Source: Desulfobacterales bacterium
GTDB taxonomy: Bacteria; Desulfobacterota; Desulfobacteria; Desulfobacterales; UBA5852
Assembly: GCA_963674755.2 (NCBI GenBank)
Contig: CAXXVS010000002.1
Span: 832,001-896,000 of the forward strand
Length of the DNA stretch: 64,000 nt
Reading direction: 5' to 3'
The position numbers and the translations under genes were made by a program. Positions 49,924-61,018 of this stretch are shown here, piece by piece. The stretch's first letter is position 1. Every line of letters begins with the position of its first letter. The notes below the pieces were generated by a model. It had not been told where the DNA came from and searched no databases. It was given only the letters and a program-made list of their open reading frames with translations.

Positions 49924-51939
49924 ATGCCGGACAATTTGAAAACGATTCTGACCATACCGCGTGCCATCGCCCTGTCCGGGGCGCTTCTCGTGATGCTGCT
50001 CGCTTTTACGTCGACCGCCCCGGCGGACAATGTGCGCACCCGGTATTTCGAGGCCGAAAATGCCTACCAGAAATTGCTGAATACCCCACGGCTGAGTAAG
50101 TACCGCCATCATTGGCTGCGGGTGATCAAGGGGTTTCAGGCAGTCTATGAAGCGGATGCGGAGGGCCCCTGGGCCGCGGCCGGGCTCTATCGGACCGGCC
50201 TGACCTACCTCGAACTCTACCACCGTTCAGGGCTTAAAGCCGACCGCGATGCCGGTTTGGCACGGCTTGATCAGGTGCGCCGCGAATTTTCCGGCAGTGC
50301 CTACCGGGCCAAAGCCGAGGAGCAGCTCAAGGCCTATCCGGATATCAAAATCGCGCCCAGTCCTCCTCCCGCTTCCCCGAAACCCGACAGCGAACGCACC
50401 GCCCGCCAGAAATTCGAACGCGCGGAGGAATGCCATACCCGCCTGCAGCATAATCCGCGCCGCACCAAACATCGCGATGTCTGGCTGGCATGCATCGATC
50501 AATACCGTGGGGCCTATGACGTCGATCCGAAAGGACCGCTGGCGGCCGCAAGCCTTTTTAAAATGGGCGCCCTCTATCAACAACTGGCGGGCTATTCCAA
50601 AAACCGTTCCGACCGCGAAACAGGCGAAACCCATCTGCGCCAACTGATCAGCCGTTTTCCCGGAAGTCCGTACACCCCGATGGCCAAGGCGCTGTTGGGG
50701 GAGCGGAGCGTAACCGTCGCCGCTGACGAAGTGACAGACGCTGAGGCCGGGGACAGCCTTACCGACAGTGACGACGAAGCCGAATCGGTTTTTTCGGTTA
50801 CCGGCCTGCGCTACTGGTCCAACCCCAATTACACGCGCGTGGTCGTGGATACCAGCGGCAAAACACCCTATTTCCACAAGCTCCTCAAAAAAGATCCGCG
50901 GTTGAAGAAGCCCCCCCGGTTGTATGTCGACCTGCAAAGTGCGCGTCTGGCCAATGATTTTCCCAAGGTCGTCGCCATCAACGACGACCTGCTGATGAAC
51001 GCCCGGGCCGGCCAGTTCAAAGCGGACACCGTCCGCGTGGTGGTGGACATCAAATCGTTCAAGACGTACAAGATTTTTTCGCTGATGAACCCCTTTCGCA
51101 TCGTCATCGATGTGTGGGGGGAGGGCGCGGCCGCCCCCCAAGCTACGCTGCCGAAGGCCGCTGTCAAACTGCCGAGCGGCAAGATCCCGCCGGGATCCAT
51201 CGCCCGATCCCTGGCGCTCGGGGTCAGCCGGATCGTTATCGACGCCGGACACGGCGGCAAAGACCCGGGGGCCAAGGGATATTGCCGCAAGGCCCGCGAA
51301 AAGGACATCACCCTGAGCATTGCCAAACGCTTGAAGAAGAAACTGGAGACCCGCCTCGGATGCGAGGTCATCATGACCCGCAGCAGCGACAAATTTCTCA
51401 CCCTGGAAGAACGCACGGCCTTCGCCAATACCAAGGACGCTGATCTGTTCATCTCAATTCATGTCAATGCCCACCGGAACAAATCGGCCTACGGCGTCGA
51501 GACCTATTTTTTGAATCTGGCCACCGACGAAGACGCCATTCGCGTGGCGGCCATGGAAAATGCCACCTCCACCAAAAATATCAGCGATTTGCAAACCATC
51601 CTGATGGATTTGATGCAAAACGCCAAGATCAATGAATCCAGCCGCCTGGCGAGCCATGTCCAGACCCAGATCGTGGGCCATCTCAAACAGCATTACAGCA
51701 GCGTAAGGGACAAGGGCGTCAAACAGGCGCCGTTCTATGTGCTGCTCGGCGCCCAGATGCCGGCAATCCTGGTGGAAACCTCATTTATCAGCAACCCCCG
51801 GGAGTGCAAGCGGCTGATGGATCCAACCTATCAGAATCGCTTGAGCGACGGCATCGTTCTCGGCATCGAAAACTATATCAAGGCCACCAGTCCGACGGCT
51901 TTCCAAAAAAAACCGGCCTCATCGAACCGCCACGGCTGA
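49924..51939 (+). CDS. N-acetylmuramoyl-L-alanine amidase (Amidase_3) with TPR-like repeats and an AMIN-like domain
   Basis: IDAGHGGKDPGA, EK, ISIHVNA, LVETSFISN; signal peptide. Confidence 0.9.
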   Translation: MPDNLKTILTIPRAIALSGALLVMLLAFTSTAPADNVRTRYFEAENAYQKLLNTPRLSKYRHHWLRVIKGFQAVYEADAEGPWAAAGLYRTGLTYLELYHRSGLKADRDAGLARLDQVRREFSGSAYRAKAEEQLKAYPDIKIAPSPPPASPKPDSERTARQKFERAEECHTRLQHNPRRTKHRDVWLACIDQYRGAYDVDPKGPLAAASLFKMGALYQQLAGYSKNRSDRETGETHLRQLISRFPGSPYTPMAKALLGERSVTVAADEVTDAEAGDSLTDSDDEAESVFSVTGLRYWSNPNYTRVVVDTSGKTPYFHKLLKKDPRLKKPPRLYVDLQSARLANDFPKVVAINDDLLMNARAGQFKADTVRVVVDIKSFKTYKIFSLMNPFRIVIDVWGEGAAAPQATLPKAAVKLPSGKIPPGSIARSLALGVSRIVIDAGHGGKDPGAKGYCRKAREKDITLSIAKRLKKKLETRLGCEVIMTRSSDKFLTLEERTAFANTKDADLFISIHVNAHRNKSAYGVETYFLNLATDEDAIRVAAMENATSTKNISDLQTILMDLMQNAKINESSRLASHVQTQIVGHLKQHYSSVRDKGVKQAPFYVLLGAQMPAILVETSFISNPRECKRLMDPTYQNRLSDGIVLGIENYIKATSPTAFQKKPASSNRHG

Positions 51940-52056
51940 TGGACGGCGGCGAAAATGAGGGAACTCCGGAAACGCCACTGACCTGGGAAACCGTTCCCCT
52001 TGATAGGCACCCGTACGGCCCGTCGGCGGATGTCTGTCTGAACTCAGAGGACAACC

Positions 52057-52950
52057 ATGGTGATGCCGAGTAGGGACCAGCCTCCTTTCTCACCCCTGGG
52101 GGCGCTTTCCATCGGCGTCGTGGCGGTATCCACGGGCGCTATTTTCGTGCGCATGGCCGATGCGCCGGCCTTGGTGACAGCGGCCTATCGGGTCGGTATC
52201 GCCGCTCTTGTGCTCCTGCCCCTGGCGTGGGTCAAGTGTCGGGAAGAACTTGTCGCCCTGAGCCATCGGGATTTGGGGCTGGCGGTAGCCGCCGGGGCCT
52301 TTCTGGCACTGCATTTTGCCACCTGGATTGCATCGCTTGACAATACCTCGGTTGCGGCCAGCGTCATCCTGGTGAACACCAACCCGATTTGGGTGGGGCT
52401 TCTGGCCCCTTTGCTGACCAGCGACCGTATCCCGCCTGGAACGGTCGTGTGCATTCTGCTGAGTGTCCTGGGGGCCACCATCATCGGGTGGGGGGATTTT
52501 GCCGTTGGCGGACCTGCGTTGTGGGGCGATGCCCTGGCCCTGATGGGGGGGATTTTTGCCGCCGTTTACCTGTTGCTGGGCCGTAAGCTGCGCCGCCGCC
52601 TCAGCCTGTTAGGCTATGTCATTTTGTGCTATGGCAGTGCGGCCGTTTTTCTATGGGCGGCCGTCCTCGTCAGCGGTCAGAGAATCACCGGATTCAGTGC
52701 GGCGACCTGGGGGGCGTTCGGCGGCATGGCGCTTTTTTCCCAGCTCGTCGGCCATACGAGCTACAACTGGGCTCTGAAGTGGGTCCGCACCAGCACGGTG
52801 GCTGTCAGTCTGCTGGGAGAACCCATCGGGGCGAGCATTCTGGCCTATCTTTTATTCAACGAAGCGCTGACCGGCGCCAAATTCATCGGCGGGGGGCTGA
52901 TTCTCCTGGCTATCTATCTGGCCGCGCGCCTGGAAGGCCGGACGTGTTGA
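52057..52950 (+). CDS. EamA/DMT transporter
   Basis: About 10 TM in two repeats; LALHFATW, LGEPIGA. Confidence 0.88.
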   Translation: MVMPSRDQPPFSPLGALSIGVVAVSTGAIFVRMADAPALVTAAYRVGIAALVLLPLAWVKCREELVALSHRDLGLAVAAGAFLALHFATWIASLDNTSVAASVILVNTNPIWVGLLAPLLTSDRIPPGTVVCILLSVLGATIIGWGDFAVGGPALWGDALALMGGIFAAVYLLLGRKLRRRLSLLGYVILCYGSAAVFLWAAVLVSGQRITGFSAATWGAFGGMALFSQLVGHTSYNWALKWVRTSTVAVSLLGEPIGASILAYLLFNEALTGAKFIGGGLILLAIYLAARLEGRTC

Positions 52951-53105
52951 AGCCCATGTCGGTTGGCGAACATTTGGCCAACAGCCCGCCACCACCCCAT
53001 ACAAATTTCGGGAGCTGCCGCGAAGCCTGAAACACCGCAAGACGAAGGGCCTTTCAACGCAGATGCCGCAGATTTAATGACTCATAACCAAACAGGAGGA
53101 GACGC

Positions 53106-53900
53106 ATGACCTACAGCAACATCACCTTCGACGTCCAGGACAGGCTGGCCATCGTGACGTTCAACCGCCCCAAGGCGCTGAATGCCCTCAATCGCGCGTT
53201 GCTGGATGAATTCGCCCAAGCCCTCGATCAGGTCGAGGCCAGCGAAGAGATCCGCGTTCTGGTGCTCACCGGGAGCGGTGACAAGGCCTTTGTGGCCGGG
53301 GCCGACATCACCGAGATCAATCAGTTGGGACCGTTGGGGGCCAAGCAATTTGCCCGCCGGGGCATGGATACCATCAATCGACTGACCCAGTTGCCCATTC
53401 CGGTCATTGCGGCGGTCAACGGCTACGCCTTGGGGGGCGGCACGGAAATGGCCCTGGCCTGCGATTTCGTCTATGCGGCCGAGACGGCCCAGTTCGGACT
53501 GCCGGAAATCACCCTGGGTATCATTCCGGGGTTCGGCGGAACCCAACGGCTGTCCCGCCTCATCGGAGCCAACATGGCCCGGGAAATGATCTATACCGGC
53601 AAGATGATCGCTGCGGCCGAAGCCCTGCGTCTGGGAATCGTCAACAAGGTTTGCGCACCGGACCAATTGATGGCCGATGTTGAGAAGACGGTTGCCGCCA
53701 TCGCCCAAAAGGGGCGTGTGGCCCTGCGGGCCGCCAAACAGGCCATCAACAACGGACTGAATGTCGATCTGGCATCGGGCCTGGCTTTGGAAAACGATGC
53801 CTTTGCCCTTTGCCTGGCCAGTCCCGATGCCTATGAGGGCACGAGCGCCTTCCTGGAAAAACGCAAGGCGGACTTTACGGGAACCTTGAACGACGGCTAA
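53106..53900 (+). CDS. Enoyl-CoA hydratase (crotonase)
   Basis: AFVAGADI, GYALGGGTE, FGLPEITLG..PGFGGTQRL (both catalytic Glu present). Confidence 0.9.
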   Translation: MTYSNITFDVQDRLAIVTFNRPKALNALNRALLDEFAQALDQVEASEEIRVLVLTGSGDKAFVAGADITEINQLGPLGAKQFARRGMDTINRLTQLPIPVIAAVNGYALGGGTEMALACDFVYAAETAQFGLPEITLGIIPGFGGTQRLSRLIGANMAREMIYTGKMIAAAEALRLGIVNKVCAPDQLMADVEKTVAAIAQKGRVALRAAKQAINNGLNVDLASGLALENDAFALCLASPDAYEGTSAFLEKRKADFTGTLNDG

Positions 53901-54025
53901 AGCCGTCCATCGGTATGGATGAACCGGCTGTGGCCCAAGGCCGCGGCCGGCCTGCCATTGCGGCTAAAGCGCGCGTAATACCCCGGTAACAGCGGGCAAA
54001 CCAGCTAATCCCGGGCGCTTTTCGC

Positions 54026-54054
54026 TTGACAGGCGCAATGACATCCGCTATGCA
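54026..54054 (+). promoter_or_regulatory. Candidate sigma70 promoter for the leader/paaK operon
   Basis: TTGACA-17 nt-TATGCA (perfect -35, weak -10). Confidence 0.5.
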
Positions 54055-54086
54055 GACAAAAACACTTCATCAGCCGGACACAATCC

Positions 54087-54173
54087 ATGATGAACGCGCG
54101 TATCTACTTTTATTTTTTTGGCTTTTGCGGGGGCTTTCACTTTAGGAAGTCCACCCGTGAGCCGTCATCGTAG
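54087..54173 (+). CDS. Phe/Tyr-rich attenuator leader peptide (28 aa)
   Basis: MMNARIYFYFFGFCGGFHFRKSTREPSS*: six Phe (all TTT) and two Tyr; GGA upstream; followed by alternative hairpins. Confidence 0.8.
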   Translation: MMNARIYFYFFGFCGGFHFRKSTREPSS

Positions 54174-54196
54174 ATACCGCCGACAACACGATTGAC

Positions 54197-54241
54197 AAGA
54201 CCATGGGGGGACGAAAGAAACCAACCCATGGTCTTTTTTTT
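54197..54241 (+). terminator. Intrinsic (attenuator) terminator upstream of paaK
   Basis: 11-bp stem AAGACCATGGG/CCCATGGTCTT with an 8-T tract at 54234-54241. Confidence 0.85.
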
Positions 54242-54358
54242 GGGCTGCGGGTTGCCGACCTGGCAGCTTTTTTTACGGCCGCGCCATTGGTTAACGCCCG
54301 CGCCGATGCGACATCGCTATGTTGATCTCTGATGGGTCTGAAAAGGAGGAAGACGTCC

Positions 54359-55660
<1,302 letters not shown>

Positions 55661-55670
55661 GGAGGCAACC

Positions 55671-56102
55671 ATGCGAGCAGAACAGATATCTGTTTTTTTG
55701 GAAAACAAGGCCGGCCGGTTATGCGAGGTAACGGGCGTGCTGGCCGAAGCCCAGGTCAATATTCGCGCCCTGGCCCTGGCCGACACGTCGGATTTCGGCG
55801 TGCTGCGGTTGATTGTAGACCAAGCTGAAAAGGCCAAGGAAGCCCTTAAAAAAGCCGGATTCACCGTGGGCAAGACCAACGTATTGGCTGTGGAAGTACC
55901 CGACCGCCCCGGCGGATTGTACGAAATTCTCAACCTTCTTCAGACCAACAACATCAACGTGGAATATATGTACGCCTTCGTCCAGCAGAGCGGCAGCAAT
56001 GCCGTTATGATATTCCGCTTCGACAATACGGACGAAGCGCTCCGGGTCATTCAGCAAAACGGGTTGCGGGTGATCGACGGACAGACCCTTTACGGCATGT
56101 AG
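55671..56102 (+). CDS. Tandem ACT-domain protein
   Basis: QISVFLENKAGRL and VPDRPGGL...NINVEYMYAF; AGGAGG RBS. Confidence 0.9.
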   Translation: MRAEQISVFLENKAGRLCEVTGVLAEAQVNIRALALADTSDFGVLRLIVDQAEKAKEALKKAGFTVGKTNVLAVEVPDRPGGLYEILNLLQTNNINVEYMYAFVQQSGSNAVMIFRFDNTDEALRVIQQNGLRVIDGQTLYGM

Positions 56103-56240
56103 AACCTGCCGCCTAAGCAGCAGCGCGCCCGACGCGATTACGACTGGGCGATGGATCTCTTGCGAGGCCTGCAGGTAAAAATGGCATTCAACGGCTGGCG
56201 GAAGAAAAGGACCGGCCACATCCAAACAAGGGGAGGAGAC

Positions 56241-57392
56241 ATGGCACATCGAAGTGTTAAGTTCGTGATAGCTGTCCTGATCATCAGTTTGGTTGCGATT
56301 CCGGCCGCAATGGCCGAATCCGTCAAAATCGGTGCGATTCTGGCGGTCACCGGGCCGGCATCCTTTCTCGGTGGTCCGGAGGCACGGACCCTTGAAATGC
56401 TGGTGGAGCAAACCAATGCTGCCGGGGGCATCAACGGCATGCCGGTCGAGTTGATCATCAAGGATTCCGGTGCCAATCCGGAAAAAGCGATTTCCTTTGC
56501 CAAACAACTCATCGAAGAAGACCAGGTGGCCGTCGTGTTGGGTCCCACAACCTCCGGTGAGACCATGAAAGTCAAGAAGATCTTCGAGCAGGCCCAGACG
56601 CCGCTGATTTCCTGTGCCGCAGCCGAGGTGATCGTCAATCCGGTGGCACAATACGTTTTCAAGACCCCCCAGAAAGACTCCTTTGCCGCCCAGAAAATCT
56701 TTCAGACCATGAAGGCCATGGGCATTTCCAAAATTGCCGTTCTGGCGGGCAATACCGGCTTCGGCAAAGCCGGCCGCCAGCAACTGCTCAAACTCGCGCC
56801 TGAAATGGGCATCCAAGTGGTCGAAGATGAAGTTTACGACAAGGGCTCCAAGGATTTATCGGCCGTGGTGGCCAAGCTCAAAGCCAACCCGGATGTCCAG
56901 GCAGTGGTCAACTGGTCCATCGTCCCGGCCCAGGCCATCGTGGCCAAGAATATGCGCCAGGCCGGATGGGACGTGCCCCTGTTTCAGAGCCACGGATTCG
57001 GCAATATCAAATATGTCGAAACCGCGGGGGCGGCGGCCGAAGGCATCATCTTCCCGGCCGGTCGGCTGCTGGTTGCCGATCAACTGCCGGCGAGCAACCC
57101 CCAGAAAGCCCTGCTGATGGATTACATCGCCGCCTATGAAGGCCGTTACAAGGAAGCGGTCTCGACCTTCGGCGGACACGCTTACGATGCTTTCATCATC
57201 GCCAAGACCGCCATCGAAAAGGCCGGTACGGACAAGGCCAAAATCCGGGAAGCGATCGAAAACATCAAAGATCTGCCGGGCACCGGCGGCGTGTTCAGCT
57301 TTTCGGCGGAGGACCACAACGGTCTGGATATCGACTCCTTCGAGATGATCACCGTAAAGGACGGCAAGTTCGTTCCGTACAAGGGGATGTAA
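56241..57392 (+). CDS. ABC transporter substrate-binding protein (HAAT/LivJ-like)
   Basis: Signal peptide; VKIGAILAVTGPA, NAAGGING, AYDA; GGAGG RBS. Confidence 0.9.
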   Translation: MAHRSVKFVIAVLIISLVAIPAAMAESVKIGAILAVTGPASFLGGPEARTLEMLVEQTNAAGGINGMPVELIIKDSGANPEKAISFAKQLIEEDQVAVVLGPTTSGETMKVKKIFEQAQTPLISCAAAEVIVNPVAQYVFKTPQKDSFAAQKIFQTMKAMGISKIAVLAGNTGFGKAGRQQLLKLAPEMGIQVVEDEVYDKGSKDLSAVVAKLKANPDVQAVVNWSIVPAQAIVAKNMRQAGWDVPLFQSHGFGNIKYVETAGAAAEGIIFPAGRLLVADQLPASNPQKALLMDYIAAYEGRYKEAVSTFGGHAYDAFIIAKTAIEKAGTDKAKIREAIENIKDLPGTGGVFSFSAEDHNGLDIDSFEMITVKDGKFVPYKGM

Positions 57393-57437
57393 TCCGCCAA
57401 GCGGCGGTCTTTAAAAGGGCCGTCCTGTCGTATGGAT

Positions 57438-57497
57438 AGGGGCCGGGAGTGGCCGGCCCCTTTGCTGCTTTTGCAAGCCCCCGGACGAGGCTTTTTT
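57438..57497 (+). terminator. Two hairpins between the SBP and permease genes (partial terminator or mRNA stabiliser)
   Basis: AGGGGCCGG/CCGGCCCCT stem (57438-57461), then AAGCC/GGCTT followed by T6. Confidence 0.5.
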
Positions 57498-57531
57498 GTC
57501 CGGCGTTTGCGCAACGCTATCGGCTGCCCCC

Positions 57532-58422
57532 ATGACCGCTGAACTGTTCATCCAGTATCTCTTCGCCGGCATTACCTATGGTGCGATCTACGCCATCGTG
57601 GCCATCGGTTTCAATATCATTTACAACACCACCGGCATCATCAATTTCGCCCAGGGTGAGTTTGTCATGCTGGGCGGCATGATCTCAATTTCACTTTTGC
57701 CCTATATGCCGCTTTGGATCGCGATTGCCATTGCCGTGGTCGTGACGATGGTTTGCGGAGGGCTGATAGAAATCTGCTTCATCCGTTGGCTGGAGAATCC
57801 GGGGGTTTTGCGGATGGTTATCATCACCATCGGATTATCCATCCTGATCCGCGAAGCCGCCCTGCATATCTGGGGCGAGTCCATCCGTTCGCTGCCCTAT
57901 TTTATCGGCGACGAAATCACCACCGTAGCTATTTTAGGCGCACGGATTTCTCCTCAAGTGCTATGGGTCATCGGCGCCTGCGGGTTGATGGTGCTTTTCC
58001 TGAGCGTTTTCTTCCAAACCACTTCGGCCGGAAGGCAGATGCGGGCCTGCGCGGCCAATCGCAAGGCAGCCCTTCTATGCGGGATCAACACCCGCAATAT
58101 GGTCACCCTGTCTTTCATGCTCAGCGCCGGTATCGGGGCCCTGGCCGGATGCGTCATGTCACCCATTACTTCCACCCAATACGATATCGGAACGGGCCTG
58201 GCGATCAAGGGCTTTACCGTGGCGATCCTGGGAGGGTTGGGCAACTCCATGGCGGCCGTAGGCGCCGGGCTGGTGCTTGGCATTCTGGAAGCCTTCTCCA
58301 TTTCGGTGGTCCCCCTGGCCTTCAAGGATGCCATTGCGATCTTTATTTTGCTGCTGATTCTTTTTGTGCGCCCTTACGGTCTTTTCGGCTCGCGCATGGT
58401 GGCCGGATTGAAGGAGTTTTGA
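57532..58422 (+). CDS. HAAT ABC permease (LivH-like)
   Basis: INFAQGEF, GRQMRACA.N, AILGGLG. Confidence 0.9.
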   Translation: MTAELFIQYLFAGITYGAIYAIVAIGFNIIYNTTGIINFAQGEFVMLGGMISISLLPYMPLWIAIAIAVVVTMVCGGLIEICFIRWLENPGVLRMVIITIGLSILIREAALHIWGESIRSLPYFIGDEITTVAILGARISPQVLWVIGACGLMVLFLSVFFQTTSAGRQMRACAANRKAALLCGINTRNMVTLSFMLSAGIGALAGCVMSPITSTQYDIGTGLAIKGFTVAILGGLGNSMAAVGAGLVLGILEAFSISVVPLAFKDAIAIFILLLILFVRPYGLFGSRMVAGLKEF

Positions 58423-58424
58423 CG

Positions 58425-59507
58425 ATGAAGAAAATGCTCCCCCTGGCAGTGTTGCTTCTCATCGTCGTTACCGTCCAACAAATCACCGCCTGGAGCGACA
58501 CCCGTTTCTACCTCACCCAATTGACCATGGCAGCCTACTACGCTTTGCTGATCATCGGGCTGTGTGTCGTGATGGGGTACGCCGGTCAGATCTCCCTTGG
58601 CCATGCCGGTTTTTTCGCCATCGGCGGGTATCTGTCCGCCGCGTTGACCACACGGAATCTGGTGGCTTACAGCGGCAGCGGATTCATCAAAGCCCTCGAT
58701 GCGCTAGGCCTGCTGGTGGCTGGCCAGGATATTTACGGTGACGCCCTCCTGGTAGTCAACCCATGGGCGGCCTGTATCGTGGCGGTATTGACCGCGGGCA
58801 TCATTGCCTGGATGCTGGGCATACCGGTACTCAAACTCAAGGGGCATTACCTGGCCATGGCAACCCTGGGATTCGGAATCATCGTCTACCGCATCGTGCT
58901 GGCCAGCGCTTACTTCGGCGAAGCGGACGGTATCTCCGAAGTGCCGGCCTTCCCCCTGATCTTCGGTCTCAGGGTGAGCGGCGATTTCGGGGCCCGGGAG
59001 CAAAACTATTACATCGCCTGGGGGTTGCTCATCATTGGCATGGTCCTGCTGCGGAACCTGATCGACAGCCGGGTGGGCCGGGCGTTACGTTCGATTCACG
59101 GATCCGAGGAGGCGGCCGATTCGGTGGGCGTCAACACGGCGCGCTTCAAATTGCAGGTGTTCGTGCTGTCGGCGGTTTTTGCCGCCCTGGCCGGCGTCTT
59201 CATGACCCATTACAACGGCGGCATCGGACCGTCTGAGGCCGGGGTTATGAAATCCGTACGTTATGTGGCTATTGTGGCGGTGGGGGGCATGGCCCATCTC
59301 TGGGGGGCCCTGATCATGGGGATCGTTCTCAATTTTCTATCCCTCAGGGGAGTTTTCGGCTCCTACGACGACGCGGTGTTCGGGGCGATTCTGATTGCCA
59401 TCATGCTGTTTGCGCCCAACGGTATTCTAAGCCTGAACTGGCGCGGAACCCTGGGGGGGCTGCTGAGGCTGCCCGGCCGGCGACAGGACGCGGGGAGGGG
59501 AGCCTGA
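58425..59507 (+). CDS. HAAT ABC permease (LivM-like)
   Basis: GYAGQISLGHAGFFAIGGY, LKGHYLAMATL, SRVGRAL; AAGGAG RBS. Confidence 0.9.
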   Translation: MKKMLPLAVLLLIVVTVQQITAWSDTRFYLTQLTMAAYYALLIIGLCVVMGYAGQISLGHAGFFAIGGYLSAALTTRNLVAYSGSGFIKALDALGLLVAGQDIYGDALLVVNPWAACIVAVLTAGIIAWMLGIPVLKLKGHYLAMATLGFGIIVYRIVLASAYFGEADGISEVPAFPLIFGLRVSGDFGAREQNYYIAWGLLIIGMVLLRNLIDSRVGRALRSIHGSEEAADSVGVNTARFKLQVFVLSAVFAALAGVFMTHYNGGIGPSEAGVMKSVRYVAIVAVGGMAHLWGALIMGIVLNFLSLRGVFGSYDDAVFGAILIAIMLFAPNGILSLNWRGTLGGLLRLPGRRQDAGRGA

Positions 59508-60262
59508 TGGCGCTGCTCGAAGTATCCCACCTGCACAAGAAATTCGGCGGCCTGCATGCGGTCAACGACGTCTCTTTTGCTGTCGAGAAGGGGATCATCA
59601 AATCCGTCATCGGACCCAACGGGGCCGGCAAGACGACCCTCTTCAACCTTATTACGGGCGCCCTCACGGCCACTTCCGGGCAGGTGGCCTTCGACGGCCA
59701 GGATATCCAGGGGCGCAAGCCGCACCAGATCGCGGCCTGCGGGATCGCGCGGACTTTTCAGAATATCAAGCTCTTTCACGACATGACTGCCCTGGAAAAT
59801 GTCATGGTAGGGCGTCACCTGCGCAGCCGGGCCGGCTTTGTGGCCTCCATGCTGCACATGCCCTGGACGTTTAAAGAAGAAAGGGCCATCCGGGATAAAT
59901 CCATCGCGTTACTCGAATTGCTGGAGATCGCGGCTTATGCCGACGTGGACGCCGCCAGTCTGGCGTTCGGTCAGCAGCGGGCCGTCGAGTTTGCCCGCGC
60001 TCTGGCGCTGGAACCGACTCTGCTGCTGCTGGATGAGCCGGCCGCCGGACTGAATATGCAGGAAACCGTCGAAATCGGCCGGTTGATCACCAGGATCCGG
60101 GATCTCGGCATTACCGTCCTGCTTGTGGAACACGATATGTCTCTGGTAATGGATATATCCGATGAAATCGTGGTGCTGAGCTTTGGCCAGAAAATTGCCG
60201 ACGATGTCCCCACGGCCATCCAGAACCATTCGGAAGTGATCAAGGTCTACCTTGGTGCTTAG
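59507..60262 (+). CDS. HAAT ABC ATPase (LivG-like)
   Basis: [28 protein letters not shown]. Confidence 0.92.
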   Translation: MALLEVSHLHKKFGGLHAVNDVSFAVEKGIIKSVIGPNGAGKTTLFNLITGALTATSGQVAFDGQDIQGRKPHQIAACGIARTFQNIKLFHDMTALENVMVGRHLRSRAGFVASMLHMPWTFKEERAIRDKSIALLELLEIAAYADVDAASLAFGQQRAVEFARALALEPTLLLLDEPAAGLNMQETVEIGRLITRIRDLGITVLLVEHDMSLVMDISDEIVVLSFGQKIADDVPTAIQNHSEVIKVYLGA

Positions 60263-60277
60263 GAATCCGGCCGCGTT

Positions 60278-61018
60278 ATGTTGAAGATCCGCAATCTCCA
60301 GTCCGGCTATGGCAAGCTGAAGGTCCTCAAGAACGTCTCCATGCACGTGGAAGAGGGGGAGATCGTCACCATTATCGGGGCCAACGGAGCGGGCAAGACC
60401 ACCTTGCTGTCCACCATCGCCGGTCTGATCCGTGCCACTTCAGGGGAGATGGTGTTCAAGGGGCGGAACATCGACGGGATGGCGCCCCAGAAGATTCCCG
60501 CCCTGGGCTGTGTCATGGTTCCCGAAGGCCGACAGGTATTCGCCCCCCTTTCCGTCGAGGAGAACTTGATCCTGGGGGGGCACATCTTAAAGAAAGAGGG
60601 ACGTCCGACGCTGGAGCGGCAACTGGAAACGCAGTATGCTCTGTTTCCCATTTTAAAGGAACGCCGGAACCAGTATGCCGGTACGCTTTCCGGTGGTGAG
60701 CAGCAGATGCTGGCCATGGCCCGTGCGTTGATGTCCAAACCGGCGCTGATCATGATGGACGAGCCGTCCACCGGACTGGCGCCGCTCATCGTACAGGATA
60801 TTTTCAGGGTCATCGTCCAGTTGCGCGACGAGGGCAAAACCGTGCTGCTGGTGGAACAGAATGCCAAGGCGGCGCTCCAGGTGGCGGATCGGGGCTACGT
60901 GTTTGAAACCGGCCAAGTGGTTCTGCAGGGCAGCGCCCCTGAACTGCTGGAAGATGAAGAAGTCAAACGGGCTTATCTTGGAAAGGATTACGGAGAATTC
61001 TATGATGGAAAAGCCTGA
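60278..61018 (+). CDS. HAAT ABC ATPase (LivF-like)
   Basis: [31 protein letters not shown]. Confidence 0.92.
   Translation: MLKIRNLQSGYGKLKVLKNVSMHVEEGEIVTIIGANGAGKTTLLSTIAGLIRATSGEMVFKGRNIDGMAPQKIPALGCVMVPEGRQVFAPLSVEENLILGGHILKKEGRPTLERQLETQYALFPILKERRNQYAGTLSGGEQQMLAMARALMSKPALIMMDEPSTGLAPLIVQDIFRVIVQLRDEGKTVLLVEQNAKAALQVADRGYVFETGQVVLQGSAPELLEDEEVKRAYLGKDYGEFYDGKA

Noticed and set aside
53106..53900. Crotonase as part of a paa catabolic operon
   Set aside because: It is separated from paaK by hairpins (53892-53950), a new promoter candidate and the attenuator terminator; no other catabolic paa genes are present.
57714..58424. Extended 597-aa permease ORF suggesting a fusion or frameshift
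   Set aside because: An out-of-frame overlap with the livH-like gene; the real start is ATG 58425 with an AAGGAG RBS.
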